Shown: positions 12,501-23,693 of the stretch, piece by piece
How the letters are laid out: each line of letters opens with the position of its first letter
Numbering within the stretch: position 1 is the first letter of the stretch
From: Tubulanus polymorphus
Lineage: Eukaryota > Animalia > Nemertea
Length of the DNA: 64,000 nt
Direction: 5' to 3'
Assembly (NCBI RefSeq): GCF_964204645.1
Contig: NC_134027.1
Coordinates: forward strand, 22,468,560-22,532,559
Program-made: the position numbers and the translations under genes
Notes under the pieces: generated by a model
Told to the model about the DNA's origin: nothing
The model's database searches: none
The model's input: the letters and a program-made list of their open reading frames with translations, nothing else

Positions 12501-12592
12501 TTGTTATGGTAAGGTTATGGACGTCTGGGTGACAGAAACTGCAGTCACTCCAAATGTCATTCCGCTCTATAATTCCTACCTAGAGTCAACAT
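7202..12592 (-). CDS. C2H2 zinc-finger transcription factor, 4 Kruppel-type fingers, about 424 aa; model complement(join(7202..7744,9119..9330,10802..11126,11786..11838,12025..12153,12580..12592))
   Basis: All five introns are GT-AG with matching phases (1,1,0,1,0 from the 5' end). The CDS totals 1275 nt and is open. Fingers: [27 protein letters not shown]|[19 protein letters not shown] (split by an intron), [47 protein letters not shown], with TGERP/TGHRP/LGEKP linkers. Confidence 0.85.
7808..7912. mobile_element. PIF/Harbinger-type MITE
   Basis: CAG|GGCCCGGTTTCATAAAAAAGTTT ... AAACTTTTTCGTGAAACTGGACG|CAG; related end at 22232. Confidence 0.6.
8700..9028 (-). mobile_element. tRNA-derived SINE with a conserved central (Deu/Nin-like) domain and an L2-like 3' tail
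   Basis: A box TGGCCGAGCGATTAG and B box GGTTCGAACCC; core gtgtcctcgggcaagacactt...ctctctccaccgaggagtaaataggtacc; tail tgtaaagtgctctgag...gcgctatataag followed by TAT-rich repeats. Confidence 0.85.
9119..9330 (-). CDS. Zinc-finger gene, coding exon 5 (finger 1 and start of finger 2)
   Basis: Acceptor tttttttcag|CC; donor GAG|gtaatg; joins phase 0 to the next exon and completes YRCEVC. Confidence 0.92.
9481..9553. repeat. (GTA)n microsatellite
   Basis: About 24 units. Confidence 0.9.
9802..9967. mobile_element. Short non-autonomous Penelope-type element with 14-bp target-site duplication
   Basis: Flanked by cattcagtcgagca at 9788-9801 and 9968-9981; internal inverted repeat gacgagagaaatcccaca / tgtgggatttctctcgtc; homologous to 3063-3466. 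Confidence 0.65.
9859..9898 (+). ncRNA. Minimal type-I hammerhead ribozyme-like motif
   Basis: CUGAUGA at 9863-9869, perfect 7-bp stem II GGCUAAC/GUUAGCC, GAAA at 9889-9892, then CGUC. Confidence 0.6.
10207..10495. mobile_element. Non-autonomous Helentron/Helitron2-type element (HINE/pearl-like)
   Basis: Starts AAACAAG and ends GAGCTAAAAA; asymmetric subterminal inverted repeat agctccgctgtg / cacagcggagct; (GGAC/GAAC)n microsatellite near the end. Confidence 0.7.
10802..11126 (-). CDS. Zinc-finger gene, coding exon 4 (basic SRRKR motif, polyQ tract, VKQE SUMO-like motif)
   Basis: Acceptor ttattattcag|GGT; donor TCG T|gtgagt; 325 nt, open, phases match both neighbours. Confidence 0.85.
11786..11838 (-). 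CDS. Zinc-finger gene, coding exon 3 (acidic, [17 protein letters not shown])
   Basis: Acceptor atgtttcag|AT; donor AAG|gtgag; open and in phase. Confidence 0.75.
12025..12153 (-). CDS. Zinc-finger gene, coding exon 2 ([43 protein letters not shown])
   Basis: Acceptor gtttttgcag|AG; donor CAG|gttatt; symmetric phase 1-1, 129 nt, open. Confidence 0.72.
12215..12381. mobile_element. MITE
   Basis: 26-bp TIR GGGATCATTCATTTATTACGTACGCA / TGCGTACGTAATAGATGAATGATCCC; related partial copy near 38106. Confidence 0.8.
12580..12592 (-). CDS. Zinc-finger gene, start codon exon (MLTL; exon 12580-12629 includes 5' UTR)
   Basis: Acceptor ctattttcag at 12630-12631; in-frame TAA shortly upstream of ATG; donor CTAG|gtagga is phase 1. 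Confidence 0.65.
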
Positions 12593-12897
12593 GTTAATCG
12601 CAAACCGTCTCTTCGGTCAATCCCTGCAGCTGAAAATAGAAAATTGCATATTTCAAATAAGATAGTACACGGATTATAGCAGCCAAATGCTAGCAGCCAC
12701 AGACTTTTCCAAAAGCGATCTATTCAACTGAAAAAGGATTTTGGTTCAGCATCTGTGTGGTACATCGCTGCGTGCAAATATGGCATATACGCAATGGTGG
12801 GAGAGATATGTGTTAGGACGTGCTGGTCTGTGTAGCGCAGAGGCCAGGGTGGATTATCCTCCCCCGGCAGGGATTCGAACCTGACGGCATCGAGATT

Positions 12898-13149
12898 GCC
12901 ACGGTACGAAACCCTGCCACACTAGACCGAGTGCGCAGCGACACGTGCAGCTTAGATGATGTCATTATCAGCCAATCAGATATCCCGTTTTATCTTAGCT
13001 CGGGTTTTCCCATTTATAGTTCTTCCGTGAAATTTACCTCAGCGATTATACAACGAGCAATCTGATTGGTGCCGCAAGTTTTCGTGCGGCAAAGCTGCAC
13101 ACATGTACCTGCGCACCCGGTCTAGTGTGGCAGGGGTTCGTGCCGTGGC
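12898..13149. mobile_element. MITE with long imperfect TIRs
   Basis: gccacggtacgaaaccctgccacactagaccgagtgcgcag / ctgcgcacccggtctagtgtggcaggggttcgtgccgtggc. Confidence 0.75.
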
Positions 13150-13184
13150 CGAGTGTAGCGTAGTCAGTAACCTGTCTGTGGTTT

Positions 13185-13310
13185 AGGGGTCTAACTGCAG
13201 TTTAGGTCACATTTCCACTGTGTGGCGCTAGTGTCAATAAAGAATAGTGTTATGGTTAGGTTAGGTACATAACCATTAGTAATGGGGACACCTAAACTGC
13301 AGTCGCTCCC
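13185..13310. mobile_element. Short inverted-repeat element with internal GGTTA repeats; degraded copy at 12490-12551
   Basis: actgcagtttaggt / acctaaactgcagt. Confidence 0.5.
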
Positions 13311-13433
13311 CCTCAAGAGTAAGTTGGTGTATTTCAATTATCAGGGGCGTATATTAAAGATAATAGCACTAAGAAAGCAGTACGATAAACGAGGAGGAAG
13401 GATTAAGACTACATTAGATCGAAATTTAAGTAC

Positions 13434-13690
13434 CTGGCTCAACCGGATACGAACGAGTGTTAACCTTTACGCATTGACGCTCAGTGTTTTAACCACAGAA
13501 AAACAACAATTTTAAACATTTTACGACATAAACACATTTGCATTCACTGATATTTACTTAAATCGTGTTTCTGGGTTCGAATTTACTGGGATATCGACAA
13601 TTCCCGATCGTTGGCGACCGTAAATTGGAATATTTTAATGAGTAAAATTCACACGCGATAGCAGCGCCCTCCATGTAAACACTTCCTGTA
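13434..13690 (-). promoter_or_regulatory. Probable non-coding first exon and promoter of the zinc-finger gene
   Basis: Minus-strand donor CAG|gtactt at 13433. CpG-rich stretch with a CTCF-like motif (gcagcgccctccatg) and an ETS-like acttcctg near 13660-13688. Confidence 0.35.
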
Positions 13691-16086
13691 TTTTGGGGTC
13701 GAATCCCTCTTTTTTCAATTTTAATTCATTTTATCAGGAAATATCATGGACTGATACGGAATAGTTCTATGGAAGTATGATAACACCATGATTGTGGCGA
13801 GTTCATTTGAAAAGTTGATTTGGACGAGCTTTCTAGTTCTCTGATTCCCAACTTGGCGAAAGTCTATCCATCCTAACGACAATGATTAGACCTACTCTGG
13901 GATCGCGATCCTGAGAATAATTGTTTACCATAATCATTCAGTGTATATATATAAAGATCAAATTTGAGCCCTCGGCGTATTTTTGATACAGCATGACCAA
14001 AAAGCTTATTGTCAAATTGTGATTTATCAACGAATAAGTTTTGTTTTCTTTTTGAAAGGAGAAAAAACCACTCTACCACCAAATTGATACTGGTAATCAA
14101 CTTTATGAGAATAATTTTAATAATAAATTCACCCGATGCAAGAGAAATTAGTCTTGGCCTGGAAGAAAGAAATTATGTTCAGGAGTCCTCAGAAGTGTAT
14201 CAACAATAAGTCCTATAGGCTCCCCTGGGATATTGGCGCTCTATTTAATCTATTCTTTATTTAATATTTATTAGATTTCATTTTTCATAAATCTATAACT
14301 ACCATGAAAATTAGTTTCCTGGGATGCCACGGCACTTCTGGAATTTCTGGTAAAATGGATGACAATATATGCGACATTATCTAACCAGAAACCCCTAAGT
14401 GCTGAGGTTTTTCTTCCAGCTGAATGTAACCCGACGCCACATTGTCACAAAGCCTTGATAGATTCGTACTCTATTCATCTGATTCATGTGTCAACGGTAA
14501 CTGAATTAGGCTCTTCTCCTCACAATAAACTCGTATCGCAGTTCATTTCTGCCCTAGTCAATCTCGCTTCCTTCTGTCTCCCAAATTGGACATACGTGTA
14601 GACGGCGTGAGTAGAGTGATATGCCTCAATGATTTTAGAGTTTCGACAAAATTTTCATAGCGTAATTATATATATACGCTTTTAGACAAAATGATTAACA
14701 GAATATTTATCTTATAAAATAAGAGGTTCCATCAGTGCTACGGCCTAAAATATAGTGGGCATAAGGCCAAAAAATGTTTTTGGTTTGAAACCGAAAATCT
14801 GGATTTTTAATAAATTTCAACTGCTCGTCACGGAGGCTTATATATAGGTGTGTGTTATTTTCCAAGGCGTCAATAATAATAAACTTTCAATTTAGTTGTT
14901 TACTTACAAATTGCTACAAAAGTTCGATAGAATAGAAAATGCATTTACTTAGAGACGTTATCTGGTCCCCTACGGCCGGAGTTATACCGAAATCACGGCT
15001 TCCTGTCGCGGCATAAAAACCTCGCCGACTGTGCGTGCGTTAGACTAGAGAATGTATTCAAAACATCTATCGCTAAAGCGAAAGCTTGATTTTCTACTAA
15101 TAGATTCTCAAATATTTTAAAAAAACCATCATCCTCTTACGCGACCTACGTAAAAATTAATTTCGAAAAATGCCTCTGCTATCTCGAGAGTGACTTTTTG
15201 CGTGCATCGTTTTTCTTTTGTTAAACCTAGAAATGATGACGATGTACGTATTATAATCCTCTAATGCTCTTACGAAAATAGTTCTCTTGGCAATAAGAAC
15301 CTTTATTATTGTTGCGACTGCAGATGAAAGCGGCTTTTACGTATACTAGAAGCAGAATACGCCATCTGCGGCGATTCGAATAGTCTAGCGTGCGCCAGAT
15401 GTGCCGGAGTTACCCGCCAGTGTAAAGCAAGACTGATGCATACTAAAATGTCGCAATACGTATTGAGTGCCGTTAGTGCTGCTCTGTGCTAATGTCACAC
15501 AAACCTGGTACAGAAAATACAAGCACTCGCCGAAGCGTAAAACACGGCTCGGAATTACACTAAATTACGAACCAATGAAGAACGGTCATCAATTAGCGTG
15601 CTCAATCAAACTCGTCGTTGCTCGGTTGAGAAATTAGTTCTCAACTTGTTCTAAACAAAATAATGCTCGTTTTGTTGTATAGTAATTGTCACAAGTGGGA
15701 TAGTATATAATTCGTGCCCAAACGGTATCTGTTGATTGATAGCCGTACGTCACGGTACCATAGCCTTACACTGATTAAACGCGGATGGTCGTTACGTGAC
15801 GGGAAACGGAATAGAATAAAGCTGAAATTAAAGTAAGTAACGGTAAAATTTTTTAAGCTGAAATAACAACTCGGGGACTCTCGAGTTGTTATCCTGTCTC
15901 CCGCGTTGAGGTCACCGTTTTGTCAGTTTAATGTTTACTCCGTGTGACCCTACTTCGATATTTCGAATGATCGTCCTGAAAATTTGACTCTCGTCATTTT
16001 GGAGATGTTATCGTCTCGGTTGTATTTCAATCCGCAGTTTCTAACAATGAGGAGATACCCCAGGCTTCCCGCTCGTGACTATCAGG

Positions 16087-16336
16087 CCCACGGCGGATCC
16101 AGGGGGTGCACATGGGCACGTGCACCCCCTATACTGATGTCGTCTTTACAATTACCAGCGCTTTTTACGGCAGTCCTACATCGTTCATGAAAGTTGTGAA
16201 AATCACTATTCAAATTGCGAGTTAAATCGTACTCTGATCGTGCCCAGAACGCGTCTCCGCGCGTCTAATTATGAAAAATCCAGACCCCCTTTTTGGATTT
16301 GTGCGCCCCCTCCATGGAATCCTGGATCTGCCGCTG
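16087..16336. mobile_element. hAT-like MITE family with CA(G)GGGCGGATC(C/T)AG termini; other copies at about 21669-22092, 42740-42994, 51721-51960 and 61968-62231, ends at 20900 and 53028
   Basis: cacggcggatccagg ... cctggatctgccgctg; the same terminal motif recurs across the window. Confidence 0.6.
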
Positions 16337-16459
16337 CCTTGCTCCATGAAAGGAAGCGCATGGCTAATGAATCTGAACCCGGTATAGACTGGTATTATCT
16401 TAACCCGGGGACTAACATACTAAAGATAATTTCGATCGAAAAATATTCGTAAGTGAAAA

Positions 16460-16680
16460 CATTTGAAAAGGGGACAGAACGTGGGCTATTACGATAAAAA
16501 GGGGAATTTTTTCAAAAATTTACTTTTCGTCTGATCCACACAGGAAATTGCCCTTTTCGGATAGGTTTGATCCCACTCTTGGAAGTCCTGGCCCGGTTTT
16601 ATAGACCCATAACTCAATTCATTTTTAATCGAGTTAGCCCCGGGTAAAAGATAATACCAGTCCATAAAACCCCCTGGGCT
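16460..16680. repeat. Dispersed Harbinger-like element; inverted copy at about 42375-42600, related ends at 8477 and 16375
   Basis: ttttcggataggtttgatcccactcttggaagtcctgg matches 42455-42492 in reverse complement. Confidence 0.75.
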
Positions 16681-18502
16681 TATCCTTTCCATCCTACCCA
16701 TTTTTTTCGAGATTTTTGCCTTATTTCTTGATTCTAAGTAGTTGTTTAGCCCAAAACCGGGTTTAGTTACTCAAAGGTCGGTCAACGATAACCCGACGCA
16801 TAAATACTGCGTCAACTCTGGTTAATTCTAACCTATAGTTTTGAGCGACTGGCTTGGAAGAGCAAAAGCGACACAAATTTATTACCAATTCGTCGTCGTT
16901 ATTTGATTAACCGCGTTGATTGGTCGTTGAGTGAATCACATGTCGTCAAGATCTTACTGCAAGATCAACTGGATTGTTTCTGGTTTTTTTTATACGTGGT
17001 GGGCTTTATCGAGATACATAAAAAGTCTTCGACCCCGGCCCTGCTGCTGGTTTTTATTTCCATAACGTGTATATGGGACAATGGTACTGCGAATAAAATT
17101 GCATTCATACAAATATGCACAATTCTAGAATTATTCGTCATTAAGCGATTCAAATTACATTGAAATCGTTTTGAATAATGCGAATAGTACCGTTAAACCA
17201 TGCTATCCAGGTAACCTAGATTATTGTATATACGTTGTAGGGAATGATTAGGGTAAATTGAAAAAAAATTCAGGGGTGCATTAGGGAGGAATTTGCCGAG
17301 ATGAAATTTTCACGACCTGGCTTTAGGAATTTACATAAACAGCGGCAAATTGTTGATCATTTTCTTTTAGAATGAATGCTCAGAAAAATAATCCTTTTTT
17401 ATAATCAAATTATAATCAATAATACCGCGATCGCTACGATGGACTATGTACATGAGTACAACTAGGCCTAGGATGATTTCGGCCCCCTATTCTAAATTCC
17501 TGGACCCGCCTCTGAAAATTAAATCTACTAAACACTAAAACACGAAAAAAACTTAATTAGAGCCAATATTTTCTTTCACCCGGTATGAGGGAATATGAGG
17601 ATACGGAATGTGCGTACGCATATGTATGTATATGACACGCATAAAACTAAAGTAACACAGAACGGCACACAACAGCTGTCTATAAAACCATATCTCTAAA
17701 ATCAATATCTCATAATTTATCCCCCAGGGTAGTTGTAATTCATTAGATTTTCATTATTCCGTATTGAAAACAACGACCTGCAAAACATGTAAATCGGTTC
17801 ACACTCACCTTTGAGACTGATTCTCTTCTCGTTGCTAGCCGTAGGCCTATATGGGTAAAGGGTTAGAGGTTGAATCCCGATGAAAATGAATCTCCGACAG
17901 TCGATAATCCAGTTATACAGTGTTGTTCGAACCGTCTGTTCGACTATATAAACTGTAAAATGTCTTAATTGAATTTTTCCGCTATAGTACCCGTACGAAA
18001 TTGACTCTTGGGTATAACATTGCGCAATAAACAAATTCAACCTAGACCATATTGACCGAGGACTATGCAACTGAACCCAGAGTAATGGATATCTATCTTA
18101 TTATTGCCTTGTAGCAATAAGAATATCACATATTCCCACTCGTTATAGTAAAACACCAATCGACCCCGCGGGGTGCAAGCGCCTATCGCGCGAAACAGTT
18201 TTAGACAATAATCCTGGTCGAGTAAATAGTCGATCTAGAAGTCCTGGTGATGGGATGTAAAACCCGCAGTTCGCTGAGCCGTCCTTGATCCTTAATAACG
18301 GCCTCGACGGTCGTTGTTTCAAGCTTTTCGATATCGGGTAAGGGTTTAAACCGCCACAACGCCGAACCTAGACCCGGCGCGATGTTCAGCCGTTCCTGAC
18401 ACAATCACGAGCTATGTGTATGTGAACGAACGATGGAGGGTCGTTCACGAAAAACCCGGTTAATGATAATGATGATGAAGAGTGATTCATAGCAGCAGCT
18501 GC

Positions 18503-18503
18503 A

Positions 18504-18561
<58 letters not shown>

Positions 18562-18645
18562 CCACGATGATGATGATGAGGCTATTAGTGCGTCGCTGAT
18601 GAGAGTAGTCACGCTGCGATACAGATGATAATGACGATAAAAGCA

Positions 18646-18703
<58 letters not shown>
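18503..18703. repeat. Interrupted (ATG)n microsatellite
   Basis: Two long GAT/ATG runs. Confidence 0.9.
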
Positions 18704-18704
<1 letters not shown>

Positions 18705-18892
18705 GACAGATTAGGATTATTAGCCCTTCGTGAACAACGGTCTTGTTTGAATTAGAATTTTATCTTAACCCTTTCCCATGAGAATCCTATTACGGCTGGT
18801 AAGTTAGAACAAGCATCATTAAGGTCTGTGGGGGTCTGTGTTCATATGAACCGCGCTGCCTGCCTTAAAAACCTTAGCAGTATAGTACAATA

Positions 18893-19700
18893 GATAATTC
18901 AATTCAACTCTTTATCTTTATTGTCTTTTGACTGATATGATATATACAAGTCAGGTTTATTCAACGACAGAGATATGAACAAGGACTGAATCATAATAAA
19001 AACGTGTGCCCGTTAGAAAATAGGATTAAACATAAAACATATGATGGTTAACTGTTCCTACGTGTATCGATTTTGTCCGAAGCCCAAGGAGTACGCGCGT
19101 TGCAGTAGCTCAGTTCCATGGGCGGAATAGGGGGCCCAAAAGATTTGAGGCCTACACGTGATTGGTACATGAACGTGAGCGCTGATGACGCGAAGTCCTT
19201 AAGGATCAGGATTGAGGACCCAAGGGCGTACGCTCTTATGACCTCCGAAGTCTCCATCCGAAATCTCCGGTTGGCTCCACAAAAAATCCGAATCACACCA
19301 CGACGACTGAACGGAGGTTTAGAACTATTCAAAAGGCAATGATGACCAATAATAATAATAAGATTGGAGGCAAACGGATTCTCCGATCTGATTGAAGAGT
19401 ACACCGCGAGAAAACTTTGAAAAATGTAATCATTTTCTGAGTTTCTGCATGAGTGGTGACGAAGTGCCGTTTTTTCTTGAAATGGAAGTCGAAAAAAGCT
19501 CGGCACGGGCCTGAGCCACGCGCAAACGAGAATGAAGGGGTTAAGAGGAGTCATTGTAGAGCTTTACTTAGGTTTGACGTTTTTTGCGAGATGGGCCGTC
19601 GACATTGAACGATATAGTTGATACTGCAGGCATCTGGAAGCTTCGTAAATCGTAAATCCATATTAAGCTATACGGACACCTCGCTGCATGAAATAAGATA
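18893..19700 (-). mobile_element. Possible degenerate 3' end of a LINE
   Basis: The minus strand ends AATAAAGATAAAGAGTTGAATTGAATT, like a retroposon tail, downstream of a GC-richer 168-aa frame (19048-19554) without a clear motif. Confidence 0.3.
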
Positions 19701-19921
19701 CTATCAACCTATCGATCTATCCATCATCTGTCATTTAGAGATTAGCGGCGATAGATTTAGGGGTCACCGATGCCTTCTGATCTCTTTAAAATGGCGTGAA
19801 AGTCGTCCTTTTTCCACGTGTTCAGTTCGTCTGCTGCTTGAAGAGTTAATTACCTGCGGTAACCATTGACGAAACGCTATAATGTCCGTCGAGTGGTAAA
19901 AGCAGTGTCGCTACAATGACT

Positions 19922-20119
19922 TAAGATAAAAACCCACTATTTACAAATTAAAAGGATTCTGAAATCGAGAACAATCTAGAATATAAGAACACGACGTTTC
20001 GATCTCACCCTATAGAGATCAGGTCTGAGCATCTCACACCTGACCCGAGCATCTCACACCTGAAATAAATTCTCGATTTTAGAATTCTTTTTATTTGTAA
20101 ATAGTGGGTTTTTATCTTA
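19922..20119. mobile_element. Inverted-repeat element with a degenerate hammerhead remnant (Penelope-type)
   Basis: 50-bp arms taagataaaaacccactatttacaaat... / ...atttgtaaatagtgggtttttatctta; minus-strand GATCTC-loop-GAGATC GAAACGTC at 19993-20022. Confidence 0.5.
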
Positions 20120-20462
20120 TTATCTGTACTATTACAGTAACTCAGTTTATAGAGCAAAAAACGATATTAATAGTTTAGGTTATTCATTTACGTAGATAGC
20201 GAGCGTGGTCATTAGCGTCGATCCTGCGGATAGAAATGAGCTCATACGTGTTTAATATTTAACGGAATGTTTAAAATGCCATGGTTACAATTGGTATCCT
20301 GGTCGTTAAAAGCCGTTGTGACTACGTACGCAACAGCAAAGGGGCGCTTGATTATCATTGAGTTGTTTCCTGGATACGGACTATCGTTTCTGTATGAAAA
20401 TTGCAGTCTTTACAATTCAAATTGTAGTCTTTACAATTCACTATTTTTTATCCTGGATTGTC

Positions 20463-20597
20463 CCCTCTCCCTCTCCCTCTCCCTCTCCCTCTCCCTCTCC
20501 CTCTCCCTCTCCCTCTCCCTCTCCCTCTCCCTCTCCCTCTCCCTCTCCCTCTCCCTCTCCCTCTCCCTCTCCCTCTCCCTCTCCCTCTCCCTCTCCC
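20463..20597. repeat. (CTCTCC)n polypyrimidine microsatellite
   Basis: About 22 perfect hexamers. Confidence 0.95.
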
Positions 20598-22341
20598 TTT
20601 CAGTTGGGCCGCAGATATCTTTCCCTTAGAATTCGCACCATCTGAAGACGTCTAAGACTCCTAATGTATTTTTCTTTGGTTCAAGGTCAAATCCTTGGAA
20701 ATGGCATCTGCAGAGGCTTACTTTTCACAATTTTCCTGGAGAATTGCAACCAGCCCCTTTTCGCTACTCGTATGGATAGTGCCAACTTTTCGTTATTAAG
20801 CCCCATTCATCAGGTGCTATACCCTCAATATAACGAGATAACTCCCACAATAAATTACGCCAAAAATGAAAAGTTCTATAATGAAATTATTATATTTAGC
20901 TCTGGATCCGCCCCTGGGTAGATTTGTTTTGATTGGGTGTCACACATGCCGGAAGCGAAATGGGGCTTAGCAAGGCATTAAAAACTTAAGCTTAAAGCAA
21001 GGCAACTTAAGCAAGGCATTTAAAACTTAAATTCTTAAGCTTTAACATTGAATGACGATCGCTTCAGCGGCGTCAGTTATTTCGAAATATTGAATTTGTC
21101 GAACCAACAGTCGCGGTTTAGAAGTTCAAATTTAAACTGCCGCACACTAGAGCGCAGTACACAATATGTCACATTGTGTCGTTGTTATTCAAACACACAC
21201 AGTTTGTATGATACGCCGGAGAACGTCTGATTAAATTTCTCCGTACATCAATCACTGATTTGAAAACTGATCAATTTATATGCAGCTCCGTTCTGCCATA
21301 TCCCGATCAATTAATATTTCCGAGTTTTAATCGCGAAGGTCTCAAGGTCGCCATATAATCTATGCGTTAGTGAGATACGCGTACGCGCGCGCGCCTGCTC
21401 GTTTATTATAAAACCAATATTTATATACTGGCTATACGTGACGTCGTGGTTCGAACTGCAGCAAATGGCTGGATAGTTTGTCATACAATTTGTCACATGC
21501 TTCTCTCTAATGAAATCAGCGCACAATATTCGCTCATTTCGTGGTGTGACACGTGCGAGTGCCGTGCAAAAATGCCTGAATAATACGTGTAAACACGACT
21601 GTAGCTGGCATGTACATAACCCTCCTGATCGAAAAGACCGAAAGCCTAACTAATGATTTCACTGAATACATGGGCGGATCTAGGTCTGTTATATGGGTGG
21701 GGTCCAGGGAATTAAAAAGGGATCGAACCATATGAAATGTAACGTAATGTCGATGCAAGAGGTATGACATAGCCCTTATGGCCAACGAACGTGAGGGGTA
21801 AACTCGACAACAGAAATGTTTTGAAATTTTGATAAGAATTTGGTGAGATTTCCACGAGGTTGAACAATGAAATCCATGAAATTAATCATAAAATACGCAA
21901 TACCACAACCAAAATCACAATACTATTGTACATTCATCATTTTACATGAGGAAATACCACTTCTGTTTTGTTTTATATTCACGTTATTGAAAAAAAAGGT
22001 CGCTTAGGATTTCTTGCAAGAGGTATTTGAAGGGACCTTCAAAAATTTAGGGAGGGAGTCCGGCCCTCTTGGTTCCCTCTAAATCCGCACCGGAATAGAA
22101 AGAACTATTTAGTATACGTGTAGAAGTTGAATGAGACTTAGTGGATGAGAAAGAATGAAAATAGACACTTCCAACGTCGAAATTGTTTTTATACGATTAA
22201 ATGACGTACGTGTGGGCTTAATGCTACGACACTGGGCCCAGTTTCACAAAAAGGTTTAACTCTTAAATCGATTTCGGCCTTAATCCTTGGCCCTGGGCCC
22301 TGAGAGCGAAAGGCAAAACAAGATTTTTTGTTAGGAGCACA

Positions 22342-22463
22342 GGGACTTGACACAAAAGGATTTTGGCCCCAGTATCCTAGGTACTAGGCCCCCTATATAT
22401 AACAAGACTTTTTATATATAGTACCTAGGATACTGGGGTCAAAATCCTTTTGTATCAAGTCCC
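22342..22463. mobile_element. Hairpin MITE (near-perfect palindrome)
   Basis: 45-bp arms gggacttgacacaaaaggattttggccccagtatcctaggtacta / tagtacctaggatactggggtcaaaatccttttgtatcaagtccc. Confidence 0.75.
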
Positions 22464-23567
22464 GCCTGTGATTAGGACATTTAAGAAGAATCACCCGACA
22501 TTCGAATGCTAGGAAAGATAGATCATCGCCAGGTGTGTGACGCTCCGATCGGTGACTTTACTGTGGCAATCCAGGATTATATTCACCTGAAAATCTATTT
22601 AGTAATGAGAAAAGTTGGTTCTAATTTATTCGAACTGTGTAGAAGAAAATAAACACGACCACTAGCGAACCTGGTGGATCTCAGCGGAATCCTCGCTTGC
22701 CACAGTATCATTGTTCGTATCCCGCTACCCTGGAGTCTTTTCACATAGAAATCGACGAATATCACTCGTGATGGATTATCAAAAATAATGCAATCCCAAA
22801 ATGGAAATCTAACTCGAAAATGAATTCTAGGGCGCCTGTCTGTCGTGATATCTAGTTGCGCAAATTAATAATAAGTATATGTATCATGTAGCATGGAGCC
22901 ACATTTTTGCAGAAGGCTTTTACGTAAATTGAAGTGTTATTTCATATTTCCCCTCATCACGGATATACACGTATATACATATATACAACGCGTAGTAAAT
23001 ATACCAGAGCAATCATTCGGTTCTGATGGGTGAAAATTGAATCGACGCGTTCACTAGCGAATTGGCAATAGACGAAAAGCTGAATTTCACATCAAACGCG
23101 CGCGATTTCTGCAACGAAAAAAATAACGTTTTTATTTCTTTGCGTAAATTATTTTCACGGTCGATGCTTTCGATGCTGGGAATGTCGTAAAATATGTAAT
23201 AACTAATCGTGCTCCCAATTCTCAATAGAACCTCGTTCCAACTTGATAATTCTTTTTTCGTAATTAAACGATTTTTCTCTCACAAAATGTTCCAAGTACG
23301 TACGTTCCTATAGTTTCGCTAACTCGAGGTCTCTGACCAATACTTAGAAAAACACTTGTACATATGTTATTTCCCGAAAAAGTTAATTCCTGCTGCGAAA
23401 TTCGAGAAAATGTCGACTTAGGTAAAATCTGATACGCCGGGACTAAAGCCCGGCGCACAGGAAGCAGAAAAACACGAACACGCAACGAAATACGAAATCG
23501 AAAATGTTCCAAAACCTCGTTTCCTGGTTTTAAACCCACAGGGAAACGCTTCTGTGCCGGTGTTTCC

Positions 23568-23693
23568 TAGTCAGTAACCTGACTGTGGTTTAGTTTCACG
23601 ATCGGATATTTTCACAAACCACAGTCAGGAATGGTTGGTACAAGCCCATCCGATTATAAAAAGCTTACCACCAACGATTAGGTAACTAACTAG
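23568..23693. repeat. Dispersed repeat, inverted copy of 384-503
   Basis: tagtcagtaacctg...acgattaggtaactaacta. Confidence 0.75.

Noticed and set aside
20267-20655. SP/LS/LP dipeptide ORFs (also 38742-39117) and the poly-Ile ORF at 18386-18646
   Set aside because: Translations of microsatellites.
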